Below the pieces are notes generated by a model that did no database searches, was not told the origin of the DNA, and was given only the letters and a program-made list of their open reading frames with translations. Made by a program: the position numbers and the translations under genes. A stretch of DNA of 32,000 nucleotides from Ferrimonas senticii DSM 18821 (GTDB lineage Bacteria > Pseudomonadota > Gammaproteobacteria > Enterobacterales > Shewanellaceae): contig NZ_KE383900.1 of assembly GCF_000422665.1 (NCBI RefSeq), forward strand, positions 42,407 to 74,406. The letters run 5' to 3'. Shown here one piece after another: positions 19,000 through 26,686 of this stretch. Position 1 is the first letter of the stretch. Every line of letters begins with the position of its first letter.

Positions 19000-19320
19000 T
19001 TACACCGGCATGCTCATGATCTCTTTGTACGCTTCAACCAATTTGTTGCGTACCTGCACCGTGGCTTCAAACGCCACTCCGGCTTTCTCTTTGGCGATCA
19101 TGGTATCGCCAAGGCTGACCTTGGGATCGCCCAGTTCAAAGCGGGTTGCCAGTTCACTGCTGGTGCCTTGCAGTTGGTTGACGTTGTTGATGGCGGCGCT
19201 AAGCAGCTCGCCAAAATCGCTGCCGACCGGATTGCTTGGCGTCAGCGCATTGGGGTTGCCGCTGGCTTCCAGCGCCATGGCATTCATCTCAGCCAACATT
19301 GAGTGATTGGTGACTTGCAT
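19000..19320 (-). CDS. fliE: Flagellar hook-basal body protein FliE
   Basis: 106 aa with a conserved C-terminus (MIAKEKAGVAFEATVQVRNKLVEAYKEIMSMPV). AGGAA RBS upstream. Confidence 0.93.
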   Translation of the reverse strand: MQVTNHSMLAEMNAMALEASGNPNALTPSNPVGSDFGELLSAAINNVNQLQGTSSELATRFELGDPKVSLGDTMIAKEKAGVAFEATVQVRNKLVEAYKEIMSMPV

Positions 19321-19394
19321 ACGACCGTTCCTGTCGAAAATTTGACGCCTAATCAGTATTTTACTGGCAACGTCTAGCCTATGTTGATCTCGCT

Positions 19395-19410
19395 AGCAAA
19401 ATTTAGACCA
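19395..19410 (-). promoter_or_regulatory. Sigma54 promoter upstream of fliE
   Basis: The minus strand reads TGGTCT-AAATT-TTGCT, with GG and GC at consensus spacing and a perfect -12 TTGCT. It lies in the 107-bp flrC-fliE gap, about 75 nt from the fliE ATG. Confidence 0.55.
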
Positions 19411-19427
19411 AACCACATCAAATGCGC

Positions 19428-20873
19428 TCAAGCTGGGATCTCAAAACCCGCATCGCGCATCTTCGCCAGCTTGTAGCGCAGCGTCCGTGGGCTCAGTGCC
19501 AATTGTTCCGACACCGCTTTGCGACTGCCACCGTGGGCGCGCAGCGCCTCCGCAATCAGGCTAAATTCGGTATGCTGCAGGTTCTGATTTAAGGCGCCAG
19601 CGCCGACTATCCCAACGGCGGCACTGATCGCCGTTACGGCATCGGCCACCGGGGCAACCGCCGCCGTTGTCGCCGTTGTCGCAGTAGCTACTGGGGTCAG
19701 CAGCGCATCGGTGGCGAAACTGAAATCGGCGCCGTCAATAAACAGCTCGTGGCCATAGAGGGTGTCGCTTTGGCACAGGATCAAGGCCCGCTGCATCACG
19801 TTATCCAGCTCCCGAACGTTGCCGGGCCAACGGTGGCTCAACAGTCGCTGCTGCGCACAGGGCGCTAACTGCGGCAATCGCTGACTACAGCGCAAGGCGT
19901 GTTTCGCCAGCAGGTGCTCGGCCAATGGCACGATATCCAGTGGTCGTTGCCACAGCGCCGGCCAAGTCAATGGGAATACATTCAGGCGGTAATAGAGATC
20001 TTCGCGGAACTTACCATCGGCCACCGCTTGCGCCAGATCGCGATTGGAGGTCGCCAGCACCCGCACATTAAGCTTGATGGTTTTGCGTGATCCCAACCGC
20101 TCAACCTCGCGCTCTTGCAGCACCCGCAGCAGTTTCGCTTGCAGGTTAAGATCCATCTCGGTGATCTCATCCAGCAAGATGGTGCCGCCTTCGGCTTGTT
20201 CAAACTTGCCGGCGCAGGCGGTCACCGCCCCAGTGAATGCGCCTTTCTCATAGCCGAACAGGGTCGCTTCCAGCATATTTTCTGGGATCGCCGCACAGTT
20301 CAGCGCCACAAACGGTTGTGGCTTGCGCGGCGATTGCTGATGGATGTAACGCGCCAGCACCTCTTTACCTGAACCACTAGGCCCAAGCACCATCACTGAC
20401 GCGTCGGTGGCCGCTACCCGTGCCGCCAGCGCCAACAGTTGCTGCGATTTAGGATCAGCCACCACCGGTTGTGGCAATTGATGCAACTGCGGCTGCAGAT
20501 AGCGACCAATCAGATCCAACAGCAGTTGCGGCGCAAACGGTTTGGCTAGATAGTCACTGGCGCCCGCTTGCATCGCGGCCACGGCGGCATCGATACTGCC
20601 GTGGGCGGTCATCAGCAAAAATGGCAGCTGACTGTCTTTAAGCCGCAAGCTTTTTAATAGGGTTAAACCGTCCATTCCGTCCATCTGCACGTCACTGATG
20701 ACCATGTCGATGCGCTGCCGTTTTAGCAGCAACAACGCTTCATAGCCGTCACTGGCTTCGGCCGTGGCAAAACCGGCCAGCATCAAGGTATCGACCAAGG
20801 CCTCACGCAGCCCTAAATCATCCTCAACCACTAAGATGGTGGCGCCATGATGGCTGCCTGTAGGGTTACTCAT
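19428..20873 (-). CDS. flrC: Sigma54-dependent response regulator FlrC (FleR)
   Basis: Receiver domain (ILVVEDD...MVISDVQMDGMDG), AAA+ sigma54-activator domain (GPSGSGKE, EKGAFTGA) and C-terminal HTH (RKAVSEQLALSPRTLRYKLAKM). I prefer the ATG at 20873 (MSNPTG), which forms an ATGAGTAA overlap with the flrB stop. The track start is at 20885. Confidence 0.93.
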   Translation of the reverse strand: MSNPTGSHHGATILVVEDDLGLREALVDTLMLAGFATAEASDGYEALLLLKRQRIDMVISDVQMDGMDGLTLLKSLRLKDSQLPFLLMTAHGSIDAAVAAMQAGASDYLAKPFAPQLLLDLIGRYLQPQLHQLPQPVVADPKSQQLLALAARVAATDASVMVLGPSGSGKEVLARYIHQQSPRKPQPFVALNCAAIPENMLEATLFGYEKGAFTGAVTACAGKFEQAEGGTILLDEITEMDLNLQAKLLRVLQEREVERLGSRKTIKLNVRVLATSNRDLAQAVADGKFREDLYYRLNVFPLTWPALWQRPLDIVPLAEHLLAKHALRCSQRLPQLAPCAQQRLLSHRWPGNVRELDNVMQRALILCQSDTLYGHELFIDGADFSFATDALLTPVATATTATTAAVAPVADAVTAISAAVGIVGAGALNQNLQHTEFSLIAEALRAHGGSRKAVSEQLALSPRTLRYKLAKMRDAGFEIPA

Positions 20874-21885
20874 AGACCACTCCAATGGCTGGGAATATCA
20901 AGCTAAAACAACTGCCTTGACCAACAACCGAGGCCACCTCTAAGCGCCCCCGATGGCTGCGACAAACGCTTTGCACCACCGCCAGCCCAAGGCCGGTGCC
21001 ATTAGTTTTGGTGGTGAAAAAGGGGCTGAGGATCTGCCGCTGGGTGGCGGCGTCAATGCCACAGCCATTGTCCAGCAACTGCAGTTTAAGCTCGCCGCCA
21101 TCACAGTGCAGTTGCCATTTCAGCGCAGTAGCTCCAGCCTCGATGGCGTTGTTAACTAGGTTTTGCATCGCCCCGCACAGGGTATCGAGGTTGCCGTTGA
21201 TCTGCCCTTGGGCAGCAGTCGGCATACTCCAACTGATCTGATGCTGACTCAGTTTGGCTTCCATGCTGCTGTGCAGTTGCCGAAGCAGATCGCCGATCGC
21301 CAGCGGTTGCAACTGCTGTTCATTACCACCACGGGCATACAGCAGCAGATCATTGACCCGCTGTTCCAATTCGCCAAGGCGGGCTAACAGCCGATGTTGA
21401 AAACGCTCGCGGCCAGCCTCATCGAGATTGCGGTTGCCTAGATTAGCGGCGTACAGCAGTGCTGCGGCCAGTGGCGTACGGATTTGGTGCGCCAGTGATG
21501 CCGCCATTTTGCCGAGCGCGCACAGGCGCTGATGATGGGCAAGATTGGTTTGCAATTGGCGGGTTTCGGTCAGATCGGTCAGCATCACCAACTGACCCGG
21601 TTCCGGAGCCAACGCTCGCGTCGCCAACTTAACCCGCCGACCATCGTGCAGCGAGACCTCATGACCATCGTCGTACTGCGGCGCAAAGGCGCGGCCGATC
21701 ACCCGTCGCCAACGCTGCCCAAGCAGTGGTTCGCCCAGCAACTGCTGCGCCTGCGGGTTGGCTTCCACCACCACCCCAGCGTCATCCAGCACCACCACGC
21801 CGGCGGGCAACAACTGCATCAGATGATGCAGGCGGCTGCTGGCTTGCTGGGGGTTACGGGTCGGTTCGCCGATTCCCTCTGACAT
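20866..21885 (-). CDS. flrB: PAS-domain sensor histidine kinase FlrB (FleS)
   Basis: 339 aa, soluble. N-terminal PAS-like region, H-box MAASLAHQIRTPLAA, and HATPase motifs NLVNNAIEA, DNGCGI, GTGLGLAV. Confidence 0.9.
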   Translation of the reverse strand: MSEGIGEPTRNPQQASSRLHHLMQLLPAGVVVLDDAGVVVEANPQAQQLLGEPLLGQRWRRVIGRAFAPQYDDGHEVSLHDGRRVKLATRALAPEPGQLVMLTDLTETRQLQTNLAHHQRLCALGKMAASLAHQIRTPLAAALLYAANLGNRNLDEAGRERFQHRLLARLGELEQRVNDLLLYARGGNEQQLQPLAIGDLLRQLHSSMEAKLSQHQISWSMPTAAQGQINGNLDTLCGAMQNLVNNAIEAGATALKWQLHCDGGELKLQLLDNGCGIDAATQRQILSPFFTTKTNGTGLGLAVVQSVCRSHRGRLEVASVVGQGSCFSLIFPAIGVVYE

Positions 21886-21932
21886 AAACTTCCCGTCAAA
21901 AAACAGTTATTTGTTTTATTTTTGGCTATTTT

Positions 21933-21950
21933 AAGCAGGCTTTGTGCCAG
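21933..21950 (-). promoter_or_regulatory. Sigma54 promoter upstream of flrB-flrC
   Basis: The minus strand reads CTGGCAC-AAAGC-CTGCTT, with a perfect -24 TGGCAC and a -12 GC at the correct spacing. It lies about 50 nt upstream of the flrB ATG and downstream of the flrA terminator. Confidence 0.65.
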
Positions 21951-22100
21951 AAACTGCGACTGTTCTATCAAAATCAGTAGAGAATTTAGTCCGGTGCAAC
22001 ATTTGATGTAAAACAGCCGCAGCGTTAGTTACATATATGTATATTACACCCATGCGCTCTGACTCAGCGGCGCTGGTAGCGCGCAGCAGAGCTTAGCGGC

Positions 22101-22135
22101 GAGCAAAAACGACAAAACCGCCTGACGGCGGTTTT
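22101..22135 (-). terminator. Rho-independent terminator after flrA
   Basis: The minus strand reads AAAACCGCC-GTCA-GGCGGTTTT followed by GTCGTTTTTG. This is a 9-bp stem, tetraloop and U-rich tail, 20 nt after the flrA stop. Confidence 0.8.
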
Positions 22136-22155
22136 GTTAGCGACCACAACTGCGA

Positions 22156-23592
22156 TCACATCCCTTCTTTGTTGAGTCCATATTTGCGCATCTTCTCCAC
22201 CAAGGTGGTGCGGCGCATTCCCAACAATTCCGCGGCACGAGCGACCACATTACCGCCCTGCTCTAACGCTTGACGGATCATGTCGATCTCCAGTTCCGCC
22301 AGCATGTCTTTCAAGTTCACCCCCTCTTCCGGCAGTTCCGACGGGAAGCGACTCTCTTGGATCTCTATCGGTTCATCGCCGTTAAACAGCGCCGCCAACA
22401 TATCGCCCTCTTGTTCGGCTTCGCTGCTGACTGGCAGCGCTGGGACATATTCCGGCACATCCAAGTAGCGATAGCGGGGCGGCAAATCGTTAACGTCGAC
22501 CAAGCCATTGGGGAACAAAATCACCATCCGTTCGACCAGATTGGACATCTCTCGCACGTTGCCAGGCCAATTATGCTGACACAGTGACTCAATCGCCCGG
22601 CGGGTAAAGCGCACCTTGCCCTTGCCCTCGCCTTCTAAGCGACTGACCAATTCGTTAAGCAGTAAGGGGATATCCTCACAGCGCTCACGCACCGCAGGCA
22701 TCTCGACAGGGAACACATTTAAGCGGTAGTAGAGATCCTCGCGAAACTCGCCGGCCGTGATCATCTTTTCCAAGTCTTGGTGGGTCGCGGCAACAATGCG
22801 CACATCCGCCGTCATCGGCTTACTGCCACCCACGCGCTCGAACACCCGCTCTTGCAGCACGCGCAACAGCTTGACCTGCATATTGGCCGGCATATCGCCG
22901 ATCTCATCCAAAAACAGGGTACCGCCTTGGGCCAGCTCAAAGCGACCTTTGCGCGCACTGATGGCGCCGGTAAAGGCGCCGCGTTCATGGCCGAACAACT
23001 CACTTTCAAGCAGATCCGGCGGGATCGCACCGCAATTAACCGGAATAAATGGGCCATCGCGGCGCTGGGATAGGTAGTGAATGTTACGCGCCACCACCTC
23101 TTTACCGGTGCCCGATTCGCCGGTCACCAGCACGCTGGCATCGGTACCGGCCACTTGGCTAAGCAGTTGCCGCACTTGGCTCACCGCAGGACTGAGTCCC
23201 ACCAACGAGCGGAACAATTTGGTTTGATTGCGGCTCGGTGCGGGCAGGTGCTGACTGCTGCGGCCAAACACCTGACAGAAATGCAGCGCCTCGGTTAACT
23301 GCCCGTAACTGAACGGCTGAGCGATGGCCGTAACCAAATTACCACTGCTGGACAGTGAGTTACCAATAGCCACCAACGGCTGGTTACGATGCTGTTGCAA
23401 CGCCTGTTGATGCTGGCCATAGATCTCTTCCGCCAGCAGCACGGCGCGGTAGCGATGATCTTGCAACCGTTCCAGCAGTTGCGACGATGGCACTATCTCG
23501 GTCTGTTCACCGATAAAATTCAGCAACATTTGCAATTGCTGCTGGCGCTGGGGATCGCTATCGATAAGCAGTATCAGTTGATCGTTTTGCAT
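22156..23592 (-). CDS. flrA: Sigma54-dependent flagellar master regulator FlrA (FleQ)
   Basis: 478 aa. The N-terminal FleQ-type receiver-like domain reads VLLAEE where a phospho-accepting Asp would sit. AAA+ domain motifs are [23 protein letters not shown] and DEIGDM. C-terminal HTH reads [23 protein letters not shown]. Confidence 0.93.
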   Translation of the reverse strand: MQNDQLILLIDSDPQRQQQLQMLLNFIGEQTEIVPSSQLLERLQDHRYRAVLLAEEIYGQHQQALQQHRNQPLVAIGNSLSSSGNLVTAIAQPFSYGQLTEALHFCQVFGRSSQHLPAPSRNQTKLFRSLVGLSPAVSQVRQLLSQVAGTDASVLVTGESGTGKEVVARNIHYLSQRRDGPFIPVNCGAIPPDLLESELFGHERGAFTGAISARKGRFELAQGGTLFLDEIGDMPANMQVKLLRVLQERVFERVGGSKPMTADVRIVAATHQDLEKMITAGEFREDLYYRLNVFPVEMPAVRERCEDIPLLLNELVSRLEGEGKGKVRFTRRAIESLCQHNWPGNVREMSNLVERMVILFPNGLVDVNDLPPRYRYLDVPEYVPALPVSSEAEQEGDMLAALFNGDEPIEIQESRFPSELPEEGVNLKDMLAELEIDMIRQALEQGGNVVARAAELLGMRRTTLVEKMRKYGLNKEGM

Positions 23593-23669
23593 TAGGTGGT
23601 TGAGCTCTGGCTACCGGGTGATATAAGTGCCTGCAGGCGTGGCATCCATGATTACCTGCACGCAGCAAA

Positions 23670-23697
23670 AATTATCAAGAATTGTAACGGTAGCCAA
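23670..23697 (-). promoter_or_regulatory. Candidate sigma70 promoter for flrA
   Basis: The minus strand reads TTGGCT (-35), a 15-16 nt spacer, then GATAAT/ATAATT (-10), about 75 nt upstream of the flrA ATG. The spacer is suboptimal and nothing corroborates it, so this is tentative. Confidence 0.25.
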
Positions 23698-23787
23698 GAA
23701 AGCGATAACCAACCGCCTATTTAATGTGGTTATTTTGTGCGGCGGGATCGGTTTTTCTATAAAAAGATGAATAAATAACCATGCGGA

Positions 23788-24189
23788 TTAGATGGCTTGG
23801 CCTAGATGATGGTGTTCTGCGGGGATCTCATCCCAGCCGGACTTGATGGTTTTTAGCAGTTCCATCACCTCTTCCAACAACTGCCGATCATTGCTGGCAC
23901 TGGCCTCAGCCAAGCGGCGAATGCAATAGGCGTAAATTGCGCTTAGGTTGTCGACCAACTCTTCGCCGTGGCTGCGATCCAGCGCCGCTTCTAGGTGCGA
24001 GATAATCTCCATCGAGCGGCTCAGCAGTTCGCCCTTTTTGGCAAGCTGCTGCTGTTCAATGGCCAAGATGGCGCAGGCGATCTTTTCAATGGCACCGGCC
24101 AGCAGCATCTGCACTATTTTGTGCGGGTTGGCGACACTGGCCTGCGCCTGCACATTGACCTGCTTGTATGCCTTTAATGAGCCTCTCAT
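23788..24189 (-). CDS. fliS: Flagellin-specific chaperone FliS
   Basis: 133 aa with N-terminus MRGSLKAYKQVNVQAQASVANPHKIVQMLLAGAIEKI and a four-helix FliS pattern. The start overlaps the upstream stop by 1 nt (TAATG). Confidence 0.93.
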   Translation of the reverse strand: MRGSLKAYKQVNVQAQASVANPHKIVQMLLAGAIEKIACAILAIEQQQLAKKGELLSRSMEIISHLEAALDRSHGEELVDNLSAIYAYCIRRLAEASASNDRQLLEEVMELLKTIKSGWDEIPAEHHHLGQAI

Positions 24190-24500
24190 TATCCTTTTCC
24201 TGCTTCAATTTGCTGATATCGCATCACTTGGCCGCGCCCTTTACGGTAACCGCCAAGTCGTTGTTTGCATTGCTGCCGCTGCTCGGCGGCTAGCAGCAGC
24301 AATTGCTGGGTGTGCGCTATTTGCTGTTGCAGCCACTGCTGCTGTTGCCCCAGTTCGGTCGCCGACAGGGCCGTTAGACAGCGCTGGCGCTCTGCCAATA
24401 GCGCCGACCAATCGGTGCTAAGCGCTTGCTCAGATTGGCTCAACAGCAGAGTTAACTGCTGATCAATTGCGCTAAGTTGTTGTTCGGTTGCCACGGTCAT
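24189..24500 (-). CDS. flaI: Small Gln-rich coiled-coil flagellar protein, FliT-like (occupies the Vibrio flaI slot)
   Basis: 103 aa, assigned by synteny between fliD and fliS. A FliT-like segment (STDWSALLAERQRCLTAL) sits inside a Q-rich helix. The assignment rests on position and weak motif resemblance only. Confidence 0.55.
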   Translation of the reverse strand: MTVATEQQLSAIDQQLTLLLSQSEQALSTDWSALLAERQRCLTALSATELGQQQQWLQQQIAHTQQLLLLAAEQRQQCKQRLGGYRKGRGQVMRYQQIEAGKG

Positions 24501-24539
24501 TGCGGTGCCTTGTAGTTATCGGTTAGCGGCCGGCAAACT

Positions 24540-25922
24540 TTAGTTTTTCGGCACCATACCAGGTAGACCAGCCAAGTTGTTTTGCAGCCCGGCCAGTTGC
24601 GCGTTCAGTTCATACATCACCAGATCCATGGCGTTGAACTGATCAAACATCTGCGATTCGTAGGCCGCCATCTGCCGATTCAGCAATTCGCGCTGATCGC
24701 CAATATCATCCAATTGGCCGGTTAACGATTCATCCCGACCAGCCAAGATGCCACCAGACTTGGTGTACGGCTCTAACGCATTATCCAGCAGATAGGAAAG
24801 CCCTTTGTCCTCTTCGGCAAACAGGTTGGCAACGCCGCTCATATCCGACTTCAGCGCCTCATCAAGGGCGTCGTCATCCACCTCTAAGGTGCCGTACTGA
24901 TCAAACTTCAGGCCAATTTGGCCAAGGCTGGTATTGTCGTCGCCGAACACGCTGCCCATGGTGTTGCGCAGGATACTGCTGATGCCACGCAGCAAACTGT
25001 CGCCCTGCAGCGGCCCCGCTTTTTCATTTTCAGCGTCGTAGCCGCTCAGATCCGATAGGGTTTTCTGCAGCGCGTTGTATTGTTCAACGAACTCTTCCAC
25101 CACCTTTTTGGCACCATCGACATCTTGTTTAACCTCAACGTTGATGGTTTTGCCCAGCTCCGCCTCTTTTAAGGTCAAGTCAATGCCAGCAATGGCGCCG
25201 CTGACGGTGTTGCTGGCGCTGCTGATGCTGATGCCATCGACAGTTAACTTGGCGTCTTTGGCCGCTTGCAGTTCAGTCATACTGCCGAAGGTATCGCTTA
25301 AGCCGCTACCACTGCTGTCGGTGGCCTGCACCGTTAGCTTGTTCTCAACCCCAGTTTCATCGGAGCTAAGCACCATCTGCGGGCCATCTTCGCCATAGAC
25401 GATGGTGGCGGTAACCCCTGGGTTGTCGTCGGCGTCATTGATCTTATTAACGATATCTTCAAGGGTGTCATCGGCGGCGACTTCGATATCGAGCTGGGCT
25501 TCGCTATCGGGATTGCCGGCCTCATCAACACCAACAAAGATCGACAAACGGCCTTCACCAACGGTGGACTCTTTATCTTTTACCGCCGCCGCGCCCACTT
25601 TATGACTTTGTGCCAGCTGTTGGATCTCCACCGAATAGTTGCCCGCGACGGCATCGCTGTCGGCTTCAACCGCCAGCGCACTGCCGTCACTGACTGTGGT
25701 TTTACGCTTATCAAAGCTGTCGATATCCTGCAGCTCTTGCACGCTCTCTTGAAACGCTTCCATCGCCGCTTTGACCGAGCCAATGGCGGAGATCTCGGTC
25801 TGAATATCGGCTTCTTTGACGTTCAGGCTAACCTGTCGTGGCTGGTAACTGGCGTTAACCAGCGCCGTGACGATGGCGCCGATATCCATTCCGGAACCAA
25901 TACCCGGTGATGACAATCCCAT
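24540..25922 (-). CDS. fliD: Flagellar filament cap protein FliD
   Basis: 460 aa with N-terminus MGLSSPGIGSGMDIGAIVTALVNASYQPRQVSL, a C-terminal coiled coil (RQMAAYESQMFDQFNAMDLVMYELNAQL) and a variable middle. Confidence 0.93.
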   Translation of the reverse strand: MGLSSPGIGSGMDIGAIVTALVNASYQPRQVSLNVKEADIQTEISAIGSVKAAMEAFQESVQELQDIDSFDKRKTTVSDGSALAVEADSDAVAGNYSVEIQQLAQSHKVGAAAVKDKESTVGEGRLSIFVGVDEAGNPDSEAQLDIEVAADDTLEDIVNKINDADDNPGVTATIVYGEDGPQMVLSSDETGVENKLTVQATDSSGSGLSDTFGSMTELQAAKDAKLTVDGISISSASNTVSGAIAGIDLTLKEAELGKTINVEVKQDVDGAKKVVEEFVEQYNALQKTLSDLSGYDAENEKAGPLQGDSLLRGISSILRNTMGSVFGDDNTSLGQIGLKFDQYGTLEVDDDALDEALKSDMSGVANLFAEEDKGLSYLLDNALEPYTKSGGILAGRDESLTGQLDDIGDQRELLNRQMAAYESQMFDQFNAMDLVMYELNAQLAGLQNNLAGLPGMVPKN

Positions 25923-25933
25923 GATGAGCTTCC

Positions 25934-26392
25934 TTAAATTTCCAAATCAACCAACAAGCCGCGCAGATCCGACAGCTTAGCCGCCAGTTTTAACATCTCT
26001 TCCGAGGGGATCTGGCGGATCACCTCATCGGTTTGTCGTTCCCGTACCACCACCACCGACTGACCACTGCTGTCGTCGACCTCGAACGCCAACGCGCGCT
26101 GATTGGCATCCATAAACCGCGCCAACTCTTGCGCCATCTTCTGCAGCGTCTGCTGATTGCCTTGGCCAAGGCTAACTTCGCCCTCAACCTGCGGTTGCTG
26201 TGTCATCGCCTCCAGCGCGGTTGCCGCTATGGCCTGCTGGGGCGGCAACTTTTTGCCGCCGATGTTGCTGCCTTGTGGCTCTGCGGTAGGGGAAACTTGC
26301 TGGTTATTGTGGAGATGATTGTTATCTGGGGTAGCCGCTGCACCCACCAACGGGGTTATCGCAGCCGACACCGAGTTGATGTTGGCGGTCAT
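25934..26392 (-). CDS. flaG: Flagellar protein FlaG
   Basis: FlaG-family C-terminus (RALAFEVDDSSGQSVVVVRERQTDEVIRQIPSEEMLKLAAKL). The track start at 26437 is TTG and lies upstream of, or within, the sigma28 promoter. The ATG at 26392 has a GAGGGA RBS 7-8 nt upstream and is preferred (152 aa). Confidence 0.85.
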   Translation of the reverse strand: MTANINSVSAAITPLVGAAATPDNNHLHNNQQVSPTAEPQGSNIGGKKLPPQQAIAATALEAMTQQPQVEGEVSLGQGNQQTLQKMAQELARFMDANQRALAFEVDDSSGQSVVVVRERQTDEVIRQIPSEEMLKLAAKLSDLRGLLVDLEI

Positions 26393-26438
26393 ATTGTTGT
26401 CCCTCAAAGCCACAACGGATAAACGGTTGTTGCCCAAG

Positions 26439-26465
26439 ATATCGGCGGGCGAAAGCGAAGCTTTA
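26439..26465 (-). promoter_or_regulatory. Sigma28 (FliA) promoter upstream of flaG
   Basis: The minus strand reads TAAA-GCTTCGCTTTCGCCC-GCCGATAT, against the consensus TAAA-N15-GCCGATAA. Spacing is exact and the -10 matches 7 of 8. It lies about 45 nt upstream of the flaG ATG at 26392. Confidence 0.75.
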
Positions 26466-26480
26466 GTTAAAGGCAGCTAC

Positions 26481-26520
26481 CTATTTTTAGTTTTCAGTTT
26501 TTAGATTTTAGTTTTCAGCA
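26481..26520. repeat. T-rich variant 7-bp array in the same orientation as the other arrays (about 5 units)
   Basis: The in-phase units are CTATTTT TAGTTTT CAGTTTT TAGATTT TAGTTTT CAG. It lies just upstream of the flaG sigma28 promoter. Confidence 0.85.
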
Positions 26521-26561
26521 GGTTGGTGAAGATTTCTGAGGTCGCCGCTTCTGCTCTGGCT

Positions 26562-26617
26562 CTGGCTAATAACTAATTACTGACAACTGATTACTGATAA
26601 CTAATCACTGACAACTG
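26562..26617. repeat. 7-bp array of the same family in inverted orientation (8 units)
   Basis: The in-phase units are CTGGCTA ATAACTA ATTACTG ACAACTG ATTACTG ATAACTA ATCACTG ACAACTG. These are the reverse complements of TAGCCAG TAGTTAT CAGTAAT CAGTTGT and so on. The array is preceded by a CTGGCT CTGGCT direct repeat and lies just downstream of the flagellin terminator. Confidence 0.88.
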
Positions 26618-26632
26618 CTCTTATCTGGCTCC

Positions 26633-26663
26633 TAAAAGCAAGGGCACCCGCTGGGTGCCCTTG
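26633..26663 (-). terminator. Rho-independent terminator after the flagellin gene
   Basis: The minus strand reads CAAGGGCACCC-AGC-GGGTGCCCTTG followed by CTTTTAGG. This is an 11-bp GC-rich stem with a short U tract, 24 nt after the stop. Confidence 0.75.
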
Positions 26664-26686
26664 TTCTAGCTAGCTTGTCGTTGCGA

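Noticed and set aside
23608-23696. A 9-bp perfect inverted repeat (TGGCTACCG / CGGTAGCCA) flanking the putative flrA promoter and leader, with a 71-bp spacer.
   Set aside because: A single 9-bp match within a roughly 195-bp region is not far from chance expectation. One arm overlaps the tentative -35, so the two arms would not sit on the same RNA. There is no second line of evidence.
26393-26437. The longer flaG ORF start (167 aa) given in the track.
   Set aside because: Its start codon is TTG and lies immediately next to the -10 element of the sigma28 promoter, so it would probably not be in the transcript. The ATG at 26392 has a good RBS.
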